Notes under the pieces: generated by a model
Databases searched by the model: none
What the model was told of the DNA's origin: nothing
The model's input: the letters and a program-made list of their open reading frames with translations, nothing else
Shown: piece by piece, positions 9,941 through 22,347 of the stretch
Layout: each line of letters begins with the position of its first letter
Numbering within the stretch: the stretch's first letter is position 1
Position numbers and translations under genes: made by a program
Assembly (NCBI GenBank): GCA_010093705.1
Contig: MU006102.1
Coordinates: 66,123 to 130,122 of the forward strand
From: Patellaria atrata CBS 101060
Taxonomy: Eukaryota
Direction of reading: 5' to 3'
Length of the DNA: 64,000 nt

Positions 9941-12900
9941 CTAATTTTCCTCCATCAATGCCTCATCGCCCGCCTCCCTCCACTCCCGACTTCGCTCGGT
10001 AAGCTTTTTGACGCCGCTGATGCGTTCAGCCCAAAGGGACTCTGCAGGTGTGCGAGAAGTGTATCCTCGTTGCGAGCTAATAACTCCGATAGCTTGAAGT
10101 ACCGCTTTTCTAGAATCTCTACCGAATACGGCGGGATGATTTATCCACTCCAAGCTGGCTTCGAGTTCTGCGTCTAAAGCGTGCATCGTAAGAGCGTCGA
10201 TCCCTGCTGCTGGAGTGAAGGGATTTTCCGCGTGTGGCGAAGGAGTGCGACGTCGCTCCATGGAATCGCTTGTGGGAGACGCGGTCTCTCCATTGCTATT
10301 AGGTCGGTTGGACGTCCGGGCGCCTGGAGGAGGAAGGGGAGGCAAGCCGCCTTTCCCAAGGCCCTTTAGGATACTGCGTGTTTCACTGAGTAGGTGGTGT
10401 GCGCGTTCATGTTGGCCACGGGACACCAAGGTTAAAGCACGAGTTAGCATATCCGAGGTGAGAAGCTCCATCCTTCGTTGTACGACGTGCGGATGAGGTG
10501 GTATGGGCGGTGTCATTGGTCGTCCTGAAGCATTTGATTTCTTTGTTGCTGGAAGCATCGTGATGGCTAGTAATGATGGACGAGGAAGATGTGAAATTGT
10601 GCCTTCACGGAGGATATCGCCGTAAACAAGATCGGCCTGGATCAGTGGGACCTCTTCGACGCTGATACTACGTTGATCATCTTGGTCTAGCGGTCCTCCT
10701 AGGGCTTCGAGGCCGGATACAATCGTCTCCCATGGGTCCTGTGGAACTTGGTCTGGAGATGCAGCATCCGGTGTAATTGCTAACTGAACGAGGATATCCC
10801 TCTTATCACCAAATCTGAGGTCACCAAGAGATGCTTCAGCATCTCGGCCCGTTGCACGTTTGGTGATCTGTAATGCGCCGCTGATTTTCACGAATTTCGC
10901 CGGTGAACCCTCAGGTAGACGTAGCTTCAACTTCACGTTTTGGTGTGATGTTGTCTGTAATGAACCTAGGCATCCAGCAACGCATTCCCTTAGCATCATC
11001 CAGTCTTTGACATAGGTGTACGAGGCCTTGGTCCGTGTTGATAGTTCGATCATGGTGTCCGGCTTGTGTGTGAGTCCCAGGCCAAAGGAATGGATGGTTA
11101 CCTTAGCAGCTTCAGCTCGTGAAACCACAAAGTCCACGCTTTCTGCGTCCGATGTTGAGGAATCGCTGATGAGTAGGATGCTTGAGATGGGGTTAGTAGA
11201 CTTGCGCTGCATGAGTAGATCCATCGCAACGTTGGCACCCTCGACGACATCTGCTCGTAAGCTCTTTTGTCCCACGGGTCGTATTGACTCCAGAACTTTT
11301 GACCAACCGCCCCATGTCTTTGAGGTCATGCCTACCAATGGGACACCACCGCCGCTTGAACCAAAGGTCACCAGACCCATTCGATCTCTTTCCCCAAGGT
11401 TGGTGACTAAGAACCTTAGGGTGTCACGCAAAAGCGTAATTTTCAATCCTTGCATTGAAGAAGAGACGGGAATGACGACAACGATATCCAAAGGAACATG
11501 GAACGACATTGGAGCGCGGTTATCGGAAAAGCCTGCACGTGAATTCGTGTACTCCGTAGGAGCGGTGACATTGGATCTTCCAGCACCGTACGACGAGTTG
11601 ACCGATGACACCCGCTTTGGTTTTGAGGACCTATAGTCATCTTCATCCGTGCCAGAGTTTTCATGATCATAGTCCTGCGGTATCCTGGTGATTGCTTCGC
11701 TATTGATATCCAACAAACCTCTCCGCCAGAGATCTAATTGGTTACGGGTTTGGAACTGCAGATGGAACGATGGCAACTCCGCCACGGACAGACTCAGGGT
11801 AAGGATGCAGTCCTCTATGGGCATGGTCAGTGCGACAAAACCGAGTTTGTTTGGGAAGGTTACCCACCAATAGAGCATTCAACCTGCTTCAGGTGTTTCT
11901 TAATCAATATAGAACCTTTTAGTGTGCATCTAGTCCCCTTTTGATTGTTACCTTCAATACCGCCGTATTGTGGAGGTTGCGCCACCTTCTTCTCTTTAAC
12001 GCAGATTAGCATTTCGGTGAAGAGATAACATTCCAACTCCTGCCAGGACTGTCGATCTTTGCCCACCCGGACATGTCCGTGTAACCGGAGTTTTCCAAAT
12101 CTGTCGAGAAGATTAGATTACTTGTACAATACCAACACAACAACCTAGAAAGTTCTTGCGTAAGATCCATGTTACCCACCTTGAGAAATCAAGACCGTGC
12201 CAATTATCGACGCGAGAGTGCAGGTCTTCTGTAACACTTTCCAACACCTCGGCTGGTTCGTAGATATTTTCCAACGCCCGGCTGGGTGCAGGTGATTTTG
12301 ATCTTCCATACTGGCTCCCTTCGAGGATGGATGGTAACGGTGGTGCACTTCGTACGTCCTCGGGATCAGGTCTCCATTTCCCTTCCACCACCTCAACGGT
12401 GACTAGGCATGTTAAACTCTGCTGTTGGCGGGAACGGTTCAACGTTGGAAACTCGCTGCGCACCGTTACCGTTGGTGCAGGAATGGGGTTCTTGATGACT
12501 GCACGAGGACTGCTAAGGCTTGTTTCCATGGATTGCACGTCATAATCGTGGCGTCTGCCTGTGGGATTGTGTGTATCGGCGTAGTCAGTAGAAGCGGCGC
12601 CAGTATTGCCACTATCGTTCCGCATGTGTTGCCTAGATGCGTTGCTCACCCTATCCTGTCGTTCTCGGCTGTGACTACTGTCGCGTTGTCTGTATTCTCT
12701 ACCGTCTGTGGATACATGTGGTCGCGCAGGCTCAGACACTCGACTATGGTTATGGTCATGCGGCTGCTGGGGATCCCACGGAGTAGGAGTATTCTGCGCA
12801 CTCCGGCCACCCGATTCCCGAGATTCTTCGGGTTGAATTCTTCTTACTATGGTGCTAAGCTTTTCTGTGCAACGGGTTAGCTATGAACCATTATAGTAGC

Positions 12901-13313
12901 ATCGGATACACACCTAGATCCAAAACATTCCCGCCTCTGCTGGTATCTAGTCCCAACGGCGAGTTGCATGTTGGGCAGTACTGTGATTCAAATTCCCTGA
13001 TGTACTCGTAAAAGCAGGCCTCGTGTGCAACATGTCCACAGGACAGCTGCAGTATACGTTCTCCTCGTAGAGTATGTTCCAGAGGTTCTTCACACACCGC
13101 ACATTCGCTACCGATAAAGGTTCGTTCGCGTCTCGTTCGAGATCTGTCGATATCGAGCACCGCGGCCATGCCTCTGCTAGATCGTGGGACAGTCGGCGTC
13201 AAAGCGCCGCTGCCAGAGTTTGATGAAGGACGAAAATGTGTTTTATAGTCGGAGGAGAGCTGCGATGATCGAGAATGAGGACGGAAGCCTGAGAGAGACA
13301 ACTTATGAGCCAT
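9941..13313 (-). CDS. RING finger + PH-like + von Willebrand A domain protein (Far1/Ste5-like architecture); exons 13313-12914, 12864-12180, 12100-11868, 11814-9941
   Basis: RING-H2-type CAVC...LSCGHVAHEAC...CPTC; PH-like KLRLHGHVRVGK...ECYLFTEMLICVKEK...QLDLW; VWA PLDIVVVIPVSSSMQG, DRMGLVTF, ILLISD, IHSFGLG. Introns 12865-12913, 12101-12179 and 11815-11867 are GT-AG and preserve frame. Alternative start ATG at 13169. Confidence 0.9.
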
Positions 13314-13420
13314 GTCCAAGCGTGGAACAAATTGCAGTGAAACAAAATGGTAAAGTCGTACTGTGGTAAGAAGGGGTGGACCTGAACTCGACGCCTTTCC
13401 GTTTCTGGTTCTGATTTTGC

Positions 13421-13438
13421 TTCTTCTTCTTCTTCTTC
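13421..13438. repeat. (TTC)6 microsatellite in the leader of the RING-VWA gene
   Basis: Read directly. Confidence 0.9.
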
Positions 13439-13515
13439 CTGTACGTTCTGTCCCCGAGAAGTCCAAGTTGATGCAGGTTCTGTTCAACCTCGACAGCGTA
13501 CTTCTGTCTCCAAGT

Positions 13516-13544
<29 letters not shown>
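13516..13544. repeat. (AGC)9 microsatellite in the leader of the RING-VWA gene
   Basis: Read directly. Confidence 0.95.
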
Positions 13545-13546
<2 letters not shown>

Positions 13547-16500
13547 TCAGAATTGTTCGCGAGCGACTGAGGTTGTAAGCTCTCAGACATCGACCCACCA
13601 CCCAAGGAAGAAGAAGCTAGTTCTAGTAGGGAGATTTGGGGTTTCGTTCGCTTCCTCAGCGACGTTTCAGCATGCAGACCTGGAGGTGCGTTGATCGTTG
13701 TGGACCTTGTGGATTTTTAGTCAAAAGGGAGACCGGGGCATATGGTCCGCACCACCCTTGACCCGGGATTGTGCAAAAGGCGCAACTTAAACGGGAAGGA
13801 ATCGAAAACGGGATGACTAGAATAATGACTAGATTGAAAAACAAAGTATCGCTTGAGGCGAGGTCCTGAAGCAGTAGAGCGTCTGATGAGGAAGGGGGGA
13901 ACTTTCTTGTAAGCAGACGATACTTTTATCTAGTGCAAAATAACTGAGTAAGTAACGAAGGTACCCAAGGTACAGTACCTCTGTGTCTCTGCCAGATGCA
14001 CTGAAGGGAACGCTGAGCTTTTGCGGGGCTATGTTGGATAATAACGAAAAGTTAAAGGATGAGGGCAGGTCTACGAACTGCTAGAACTACCGCGTACGCT
14101 CCGTAGATCAATAGTGATGTGCGATGACACTTGACGGGCTTTGTACAGCCGGAGTCCAAGCATCTTTTCGAAGTTGTGCTGCCTGCTAACCATGTACAGT
14201 TTTTGTACAGCGTCCCATAACTTGCACGCCGAAAATCCACCAAAATCTGGCGAATCCACCAAGGAACGCCCAAGGCGGCGAGGAGGTCCTGCAGCTTGTC
14301 GGGTATGCAAAAGCTCAGAATATCACAATCATGACTAGGGAGTGCTAAGGGTATGAGAGGTACTGTACTGGGTACAAGGCTGTTTGGAACACCTTGGAAA
14401 GCTTTGCTAGAGACCAGAAGTCGATACTGAGCGGTACGCACCGTTTGTTACGACGGCCATCCTAACAAGCATGGCGGAAAAACTGCCTAAAGTCGTTTTA
14501 GAGGGGAGGCGAGAAGCGATGATGGCACAATTTGGGCAATTTGGGATCATCTAGATGGGATTGAGAAAGGTTGGTTTCTTGGGAGAGGGACTGTGAGGTT
14601 TCGATTCGGCGATTCGTAAAGTGCATCGGGTCGTCGGGAGAACCTGGCGTTGTCTTTCGCGTTGATGCTCGTGGAGGAAGTGGCTTGCACTTACCAAGAG
14701 TTGGGCTTTGAGCATGGCTGGTATGGTTACTGTACCTTACTGTATCAGCGGTATGGCCCTTTTTCTCGCCGCTAAAACGCTGGATCGGCACACTGCAAGT
14801 CCTGGAGAGCCTAGGTAACAAGGGAACAAGGGACCTGCTGGTAACCAGACGAGCAGCCGAAAAAGAGGCACCTCCTGGCACTTCACCACCAGCAAAAATC
14901 CCCTTTTTACCGGTGGATTTTGGCCTTGTATCTCTGTCTTCGCATCTCTACGGCCTTTGCTTGCGGTATAGCCAACGGGTTTCCTTTCTTCCACTTTGCT
15001 ATTCTCAATTACCCCAGACACCCTCATTTCTTCTCTACCATACTGTCCTGGACCCGGCTATGAGCAGATGTACAGTACACATCCCAGTATGGGTACAATC
15101 GCGTTGAAAATTGATTCTCAGGGACTCCCATGGACTACATGACTTCGCGTCGACTAACAGAGCGTCGGTAGTCGGTCCAGGAACTCTCGCAACGGTCAAA
15201 GTCAAAAGAGTCTATCCATTCTGAAAAGGAGACGAATACGCCTCATCTGATCCACATGCCAGTCTTTTCCATGGTGTTGGGGCTTCTAAAGTGATAAGAG
15301 TGATCTTATATATCAAAGTCATCGTCTGGAAGCTTTTTGATCTAAGATGAGACAGTCTGACAGTGAGATAGTTCGAATTACCCCGAAGTCTTCGCGCGAC
15401 TTTCGTGTTGTAGGTAGTAGTGTTATACGATTACCTAGGTGTTATGACTTATCGGGCTTGGACGGTGTTTTCTATTATTATTTCATCCAACATCCGAGAT
15501 GATGGTAACCTGGTATTTTTCTAATAAGGTACTGTAGACTTCGTTCAGGATTTCGCTGCAACGCCAATCTATGTGCATGCAACAGTGCGTGCCGCCTTCA
15601 GTTCTGTGATTCCAATGCCTTCGACCTGCAGATATTGTGCGTCAAATCCCGGCTTCTGATTTTCTGACGGTACTTGAAATGAGAACGTATCGTAGACTGT
15701 TAGGAAACGAGGTTTTGGTCTTTGGTCTCCTTGGAATCTAGCTAGATATTGCTTTCTATAGCGTCGGCGATCCGGTTATAGGACTATTTCTCAAGAGAGA
15801 AGAGATCCGAAGAATCAACGAGTCGTGCAAGTATCCACTTCAGATCTCCGATACTCTTCGAGAAAAATTCTTCCAACGGTAGGACGTCAACTGAAATGTT
15901 ATCTTGCGTTATATGGTTAGCTCATGCTGGTGAGGATGCACAGTGGTATCCTCTTCGTTCAAGGTGGTGCACAAAGGCCCGCAGGATGCGGTCCTATCCT
16001 GTCCAGGTACAGCAGGTTATCCAACTCCTTCAGTGGGAATACCGGCACTTCCAATGCAGCTGTCATGAAGTCTTTCGTTGCCGTGTGTTCTTGAAACACG
16101 TCGTATAAGAAAGATGACAGACATCTTTTGATAAAGGGAGAATCATGCAAGTGAGCGTTCCTTCTATAAGCAGCCTCTTCAGAACGGAAGGACCACTGCA
16201 AGGTCTTTGGCCTGAATCTGAATAACCTCAGTCCCCAATTTGGTCAGTGAGTAGTTCGCCCTGTCTACTTCCGCCCTATAGATACTCTATAGAGGGTGCA
16301 ACGAAAAGTATAATTTAGCGAACTGGCGAACGAGCGAGGTCAACCTTCCACAGCCCTATTATTCAGTGCTACCAATTGATGCAAAAGAAGGCGCACGACG
16401 CTGTTGGTATGTAGTTTGAGTGTGGGTCAACAATATTCCAAACCTTAACGTTAGACAGGCACACGTTCGCAAGATGATCAGGAGTTCGCTCTCAAAGTCA

Positions 16501-19500
16501 AAGTCAATTTTTCCATGGCGGGATTGCGTGTTAGCACGCGGATGCCATGAGCTCTGGAGATCATCTGGAGAACCAAGCGTAAATCCTCCCCCAGACACAC
16601 CACCTCGAGCTTGTCTCTCACTGCACTAGAACTACTAGAAAGTGTTCCAAGCTGATGACGAACGGCCACATACATCATCAATCGTTTCAATCTATCATCG
16701 TCACTCTCCGAACTTCCATCATTCCCAAGTTTCATGCTGCATAGGAACCTAACCATTTCGTCCACTTCAAGCAGCACTACCAATTTCAGGCTTACCATTA
16801 TTGACATCACATCACGGTTTTGCTTTGTCACACCGATCCTGCATAGGGAAAACTTCACAGTACCTTAATGCCTCTTTCTTTCAATCGGCTAAATGCCCAC
16901 GTGTGGTAGTCCGGATATGACCTCCAGATCTGCCTCGGGATGGCTAGAATAAGTTACTTTGGTATGATGTTTAACCCCAACATTATTCCCAAAGTATCAG
17001 CAGTGCATCTCTCAACTTCACTTTTGAGAAACAAAGCGAGTTGGTACTGAATTCTAAAGGGCATCTCTGTATGGGAGATCACTTTCGTACTTTGGAAGCT
17101 CACCTTCAAGTTCTCAACACTATTTCTCAAGCTCTAGCTACTCGTCTGCACACATCCGTCATTGTACTGAAGAATTACTATACGTATGTCATACATATCA
17201 TAGACGTCCATAAAACACCCCCACTACGCCTTTGTACTCGCAAATCTTCAATTCAAACGATCTAGCAAATCTTCATCCGCAATTCAATCAAATTTGACAT
17301 CCGATTGGTTACCCCCCAATAATTATCAGCTGCTTCTAACAGTTTTAACTTCGCCTGCGACGTTCAATTCAAAGCGGATAACGCCATGGCTGAGCTCGTG
17401 GCATTTACCAGCCCATCGGATATCATAAATCTGGAGACTGGGGAAGCTGGTTCTAGCGTCATAGCATAGCATGATATCGCATAGCCGCAACACCGTTCTT
17501 TGGTCCGCTTCATTCGGAACATGTTTAAATTTTCTCTGGTGTCGAGGCTAAAAGTAGGAGCCAATGCTCTGACTCGCGCCGGTTGAAACTCTTCGTATGA
17601 CGATCAACTTTCAAGTCCAGTTCTAAAAGGATTCAGCATGAAAAACTATGACGTTGAGTGTGAAGCTGATCTGAAGAGTTTCTAGTTACCACTTTGCTCA
17701 TCTTTTACTTTCGCGCTGTAGCTTGTTTTACAGCAGGTTTCTTTCGAGTCTGACTTCTCTAGAACTTGGAGCTAAAACATTCGAACCTATGTTAGAACTA
17801 AAGTTAACCCTTCTCGAAGAATAATAGAGTTCGCACCGGTCAATAATCTAGAGCACGTGTCACGACTCACGAGGATTAAGATACCGTGTCTTGGGAACTC
17901 CAACTACCCCTGAGAATCAAATTCATCTCACTTAAGAGTCAGGAGCCGATATGTGTACCCACTCAACGTCGTCAACGGACGTTGGTCACATGGAAGTCGC
18001 CGAGTTGAGGGATCGCTAAGATCTTCTAGAAGAGAAAACCACGTGTACGTTCTGATCTACAATATGGCTTCAAAATGACGCCTTATAGGGAGTATGGCGC
18101 TGAATAGGGGGCTTCTCATACTTGTACCCACCGAGCTAGTCGATCTCTCTTCCTCAAAAACGATTACTGATGTTCAAGATATAAGTCGTCATACTTGACC
18201 CGGGTTACTAACTTTCACTCAGCTCAAGAGAATACGATCCCTTGATTGTTCTAGCCGTTCCATGCTTCTTGTTTGGCTCTAGGAAACTCCAACTCGACAA
18301 TCTTCTTAATAGCCGAAGAATCTCTAAAGTCGTCCAACGTTACTATCAGGAACTCCCAAGAATGCCGCCAGTACAGAAAAACGTAAGTTATCAGCAGTTC
18401 AGAATATCGAATTTTAGGCATGAAAGACGCAAGGGAACCGATGCTCGTATCGGTGAACCCTTATGATATTCATCCCTATAGCGTACAATACTTATCCAGG
18501 ATTCGGTTCCAGCACGGAATGAACTCCTAACTAAAATTTTAAGATATCCAATTTTCATACCAGGGTCATCCCGAGAGTAGAGTTGATATCAACTTCACGG
18601 TACATTTGCTATTGCGGAAAACTCCTTCTTCCCTTTCCATGCTACAGGGATTAAGACCTAAAATTACAGGTTTGTATAATTGTCTCAAACTTTTCAAATG
18701 TTTCAAACTGGAACCTAAGAACTATATGTTAAGCCAAAGTCATCGCATTCCTAAAGTTGATTTCACGTTCGAAAAACATCTCAATGGGACACAACTCTAC
18801 AATAATCTTCTAGGTGCATACATATCAAGCTTGCGAAATCGGTGGGATTACACTAATCACGGCGTCTCCCAGTATTCCAGGACTTTCTCTAGCCGTAATG
18901 GTTCCTAATAAATGATTGCCTTAAGATCGCCGAATATATCTTATGCCTCACCCGGAAAATCATTGATCTGGACAGGGGTGCGGGATAAGGTTAGTAATAG
19001 GACTGATTGTAAGTCTTAACATGAGTTTTATATGTCATAATTGCAATTGTATGACATGTCGTTATGCTAAGCTCAAGGTTAATAATTCAGCAGAGTCTAA
19101 TTGCACGTTATGGCATAACAGAATTTTCTTTTCCAACATTTGGGAAACTTTCTTTCCAACAACCGAAGTCTTTGGACAGATCCAAGTTCCCTCAAGCTTG
19201 CATCTCCAACTGCAAACCCACTTTCAGCGGTTGAAAGGTACCGTACCTTGCGCCCTCGGTTCCAACTCATGGCTCCGAGGGGAGAGATGGAGGACCGTGT
19301 CGTCCCAGCAATCTTTACATCCCATGCTCCTTTTACCAACAAATGGTAAATCATATCAGGATGCGGCAGAGAACTGGTAAGCTCACTCTAGGGGTATGAT
19401 GCGGGTCAATTTCATTGGAAACACACTGACCTTCCCGATCCGGTAGTCGGGATTGTTACGTACCATAAATATCCCACACCAACAAAAGCATATTGCATCA

Positions 19501-20345
19501 AACTATCCCTATGCTTATGGATGCAAGCATTAAGATATCTTACAGATTTTAACTTGTTATGGTTATTCTGCAGAATAATAATCAATTCTGTACGCAAATT
19601 CAATTCCCCAATTTCAAGTTTGAAACTCTCATCATTTCTACCTTTCTTCCTCGTTCCTGCGCCTGAATGTACAACATCCGACCCAAATTTCCGCAGACTT
19701 TGGAAATATGCGCCGAACCTCCCCATCGGCTCATAACCGTAGAGCTTAACACTTGCATGCAAAATGAAGATCTTCTGTCCACAAGCGAGCGAAAGGATTC
19801 GTGCCCGAAAAGTTCCAACTTCACCCACGACACTTGCGTACCGTACAGGAAATGATATGTGAGCTGGACAGACCCTGCAGTAGGTTGCGCATCTGGCTTT
19901 ATTGTATTTCCTTTTGTATTGTACTTGTTGTTACAAAGTAGAGAGTTTCCTATGCGGTTGAACACTAGAGTTAAAACAACCTGATACTACTATTGTACAG
20001 TACCTATTCCCATGCCTGATAGTCGGAGATGAGTTTCCGTCCCGAACTTGAGTACCAGCAAAAACTGTTGATCTCGAATCGGGTTTGTACTATACTGTAC
20101 AGTAAATGCACGTCTGCACATGCATCTAGTTCTGTCGGTCGAAGCCGAATTCCGAACCCCACGCTGCCCTGCATGATGATAGTTATCATGAATTCATGAT
20201 ACATGAGCTATGTTCCCATGCCCTCAAAATCCTTCTTGGAAGTATCTCAGTCGCATCTGATTCCCATTCTATCCGTGGAATCGGGTCGTAGGAGCCAGAG
20301 TCCTGTTTCCCCATCGTTCATGGTATCTGATGAACTAGAGCATGA

Positions 20346-21866
20346 TCACCACCGTTGCGAAACAAACGTAGTTCTAAACTGATCCGCAAAATCGATGAGC
20401 GGTGCACAATCAGATTGGGCACGTTTGTCTCTAGCTTCTTCTAACCTAGAAAGTGTCAACGAGACGCTCAGAGGGTCAAACGTGCCATATCTAGATAGCT
20501 CAATATCAAACTTACCACTCCCTCATCTTCTCTTGCCTGTTGTAGCTCGACGGATGCGTCGACAAAAACTGTGGCACTGCGTGCTTTCCCTCTTTCTCTT
20601 GCATGCGTGCCCAGCTGATGTCGTTAGCATTTCTCCATGGTAATCAATGTCGTTATACCAACTTACAGCGCAATAGCAGCTTCAGGATCATAACAACTCC
20701 TCGCCATCATCATGAGGCCAATATAATCTGCTTCAGCCTAACCCATACAAACATTAGCCACACCTGCATAAACTCCCCTCATTGAAAAATCCCCACCGCC
20801 TCCACCTCCACTCTAGCCCATACGACGACTTTTAAACATCCTCAATCCAAACAAGAAAATGCACTCACCTCCTGCCGCCGACTCCCCGGCATCCCAAATC
20901 CCAACTGCAACAGTACATTACTCGCTGCACCCGGAATGCCGACAAAAAGGTCCAAAAACCAAATCAGGGGCATGAACAAGCCCATCTGACTCATCCTCTC
21001 CGCCGCATGATGGGCGACATTATGCGCGATCTCGTGTCCTAGGACCGCAGCGAGTCCATCATCCGTCTCACAGATCGGTAATATACCAGTGAAGACAAAG
21101 ACCTTGCCTCTATCGACTCCAGTCAACCATGAAACCATGCGTAATGAAAGGGGGAGGGGGAGATGGCGTACTCACCCCGGAATCACAAAGGCATTCGCCT
21201 CGGGCGCCTCGATGACGCGGACCTCCCATCCGCCGCCCTTCCCGCTAACATCGAGTCCGCTATTCGGGATCAACCTCTCCAGCACGCCCTTCACCCTGCG
21301 CGTCCTCGGATCCCATTCCTACGACATATCACATGTCAGCCCAACCATCTATCCATCTATCCATCCACTCATGCCCCCTCCCCCCCCCTCCCTCCCCCCT
21401 CCTTCCTCCCTCCTCACCAAACAAACCCAAACAGCAAACTCACCGGCAACACTCTTCCCCCCATATCCCTCATGACCCCCTCAAACATCTGCCTCCCCAT
21501 ATCCAACTCCAGCTCCCGGGTGACGATATTAAACCGTCTCCTCCCGCTCACCGGCACCGTTTCGAGGTTATAGACATAAAAGCCCCCAACTACGGTAGCT
21601 AGGCCGACGACCTGGTAGTAGAAGGTCGGGGATTGAGACCAGCGGTATACGAAGGCGCGACTGTTGGAGAAGCGGTGGTAGCGGGGCGAGTGGGGGATGC
21701 GGTAGGTGCGGGACTGGGGGATATTTGGATGGGAGATCCTCTGTGGTCGGGGCCGCGCGTGGATTGGGGGAGCGCGTGGTATGGATTGCGTGGATGGTGG
21801 ACGTGGTGATAGTATGGAGCGGAGGGATGCGGAGAGGCGGGGTGCGAAGCTGCGGAAGAGGGGCAT
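20346..21866 (-). CDS. OMA1: Mitochondrial inner-membrane metalloendopeptidase Oma1 (peptidase M48); 6 exons
   Basis: Arg/Ser-rich presequence, ETVPVSGRRRF, NAFVIPG|GKVFVFTGILP, zinc motif LAAVLGHEIAH, SRRQE|AEADYIGL, FLSTHP. Introns 21319-21443, 21110-21175, one starting at 20868, and two more downstream. Stop TGA at 20348-20346. Confidence 0.92.
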
Positions 21867-22347
21867 CGTGGAGATGAGTCGAGAGGTGAGATGTTGTAGT
21901 GTAGAGTAAAAGGTTTCTTATTAGGAATTCATTGCATTTAATGGCATAGAACGTCAACAGAGATAACTGTTGGCGGTATTTGTAGGTTGTGTAGTAAAGA
22001 AGGGAGTGATGGGTAGGTTGGTTGGAGCTCTAAGGCACGAATCTAATTTGACACTCTTTTGTATATCATCAACAGAAATTAAGCGGTTTTGATGTCAATT
22101 ACGGTTAATCTTGTATTCACTTGGTTTACTGTAAGCTACCTTGATATTCTACCTCTAGTTCTAGGACAAGATGTGTGATGATCCCCCACTGATAATCCCT
22201 CCAAGCTGTTTTCGCATTACACTCAAATTGGCAAAGCATCCACCAGCATAACTTTCAATAGTATTATACGTTCAGAACACCATGTCTAGTTTTCTCATAA
22301 TCGCACTCAGATATGAGATATCAGCAAGAACGCTAGACTTCACACAA

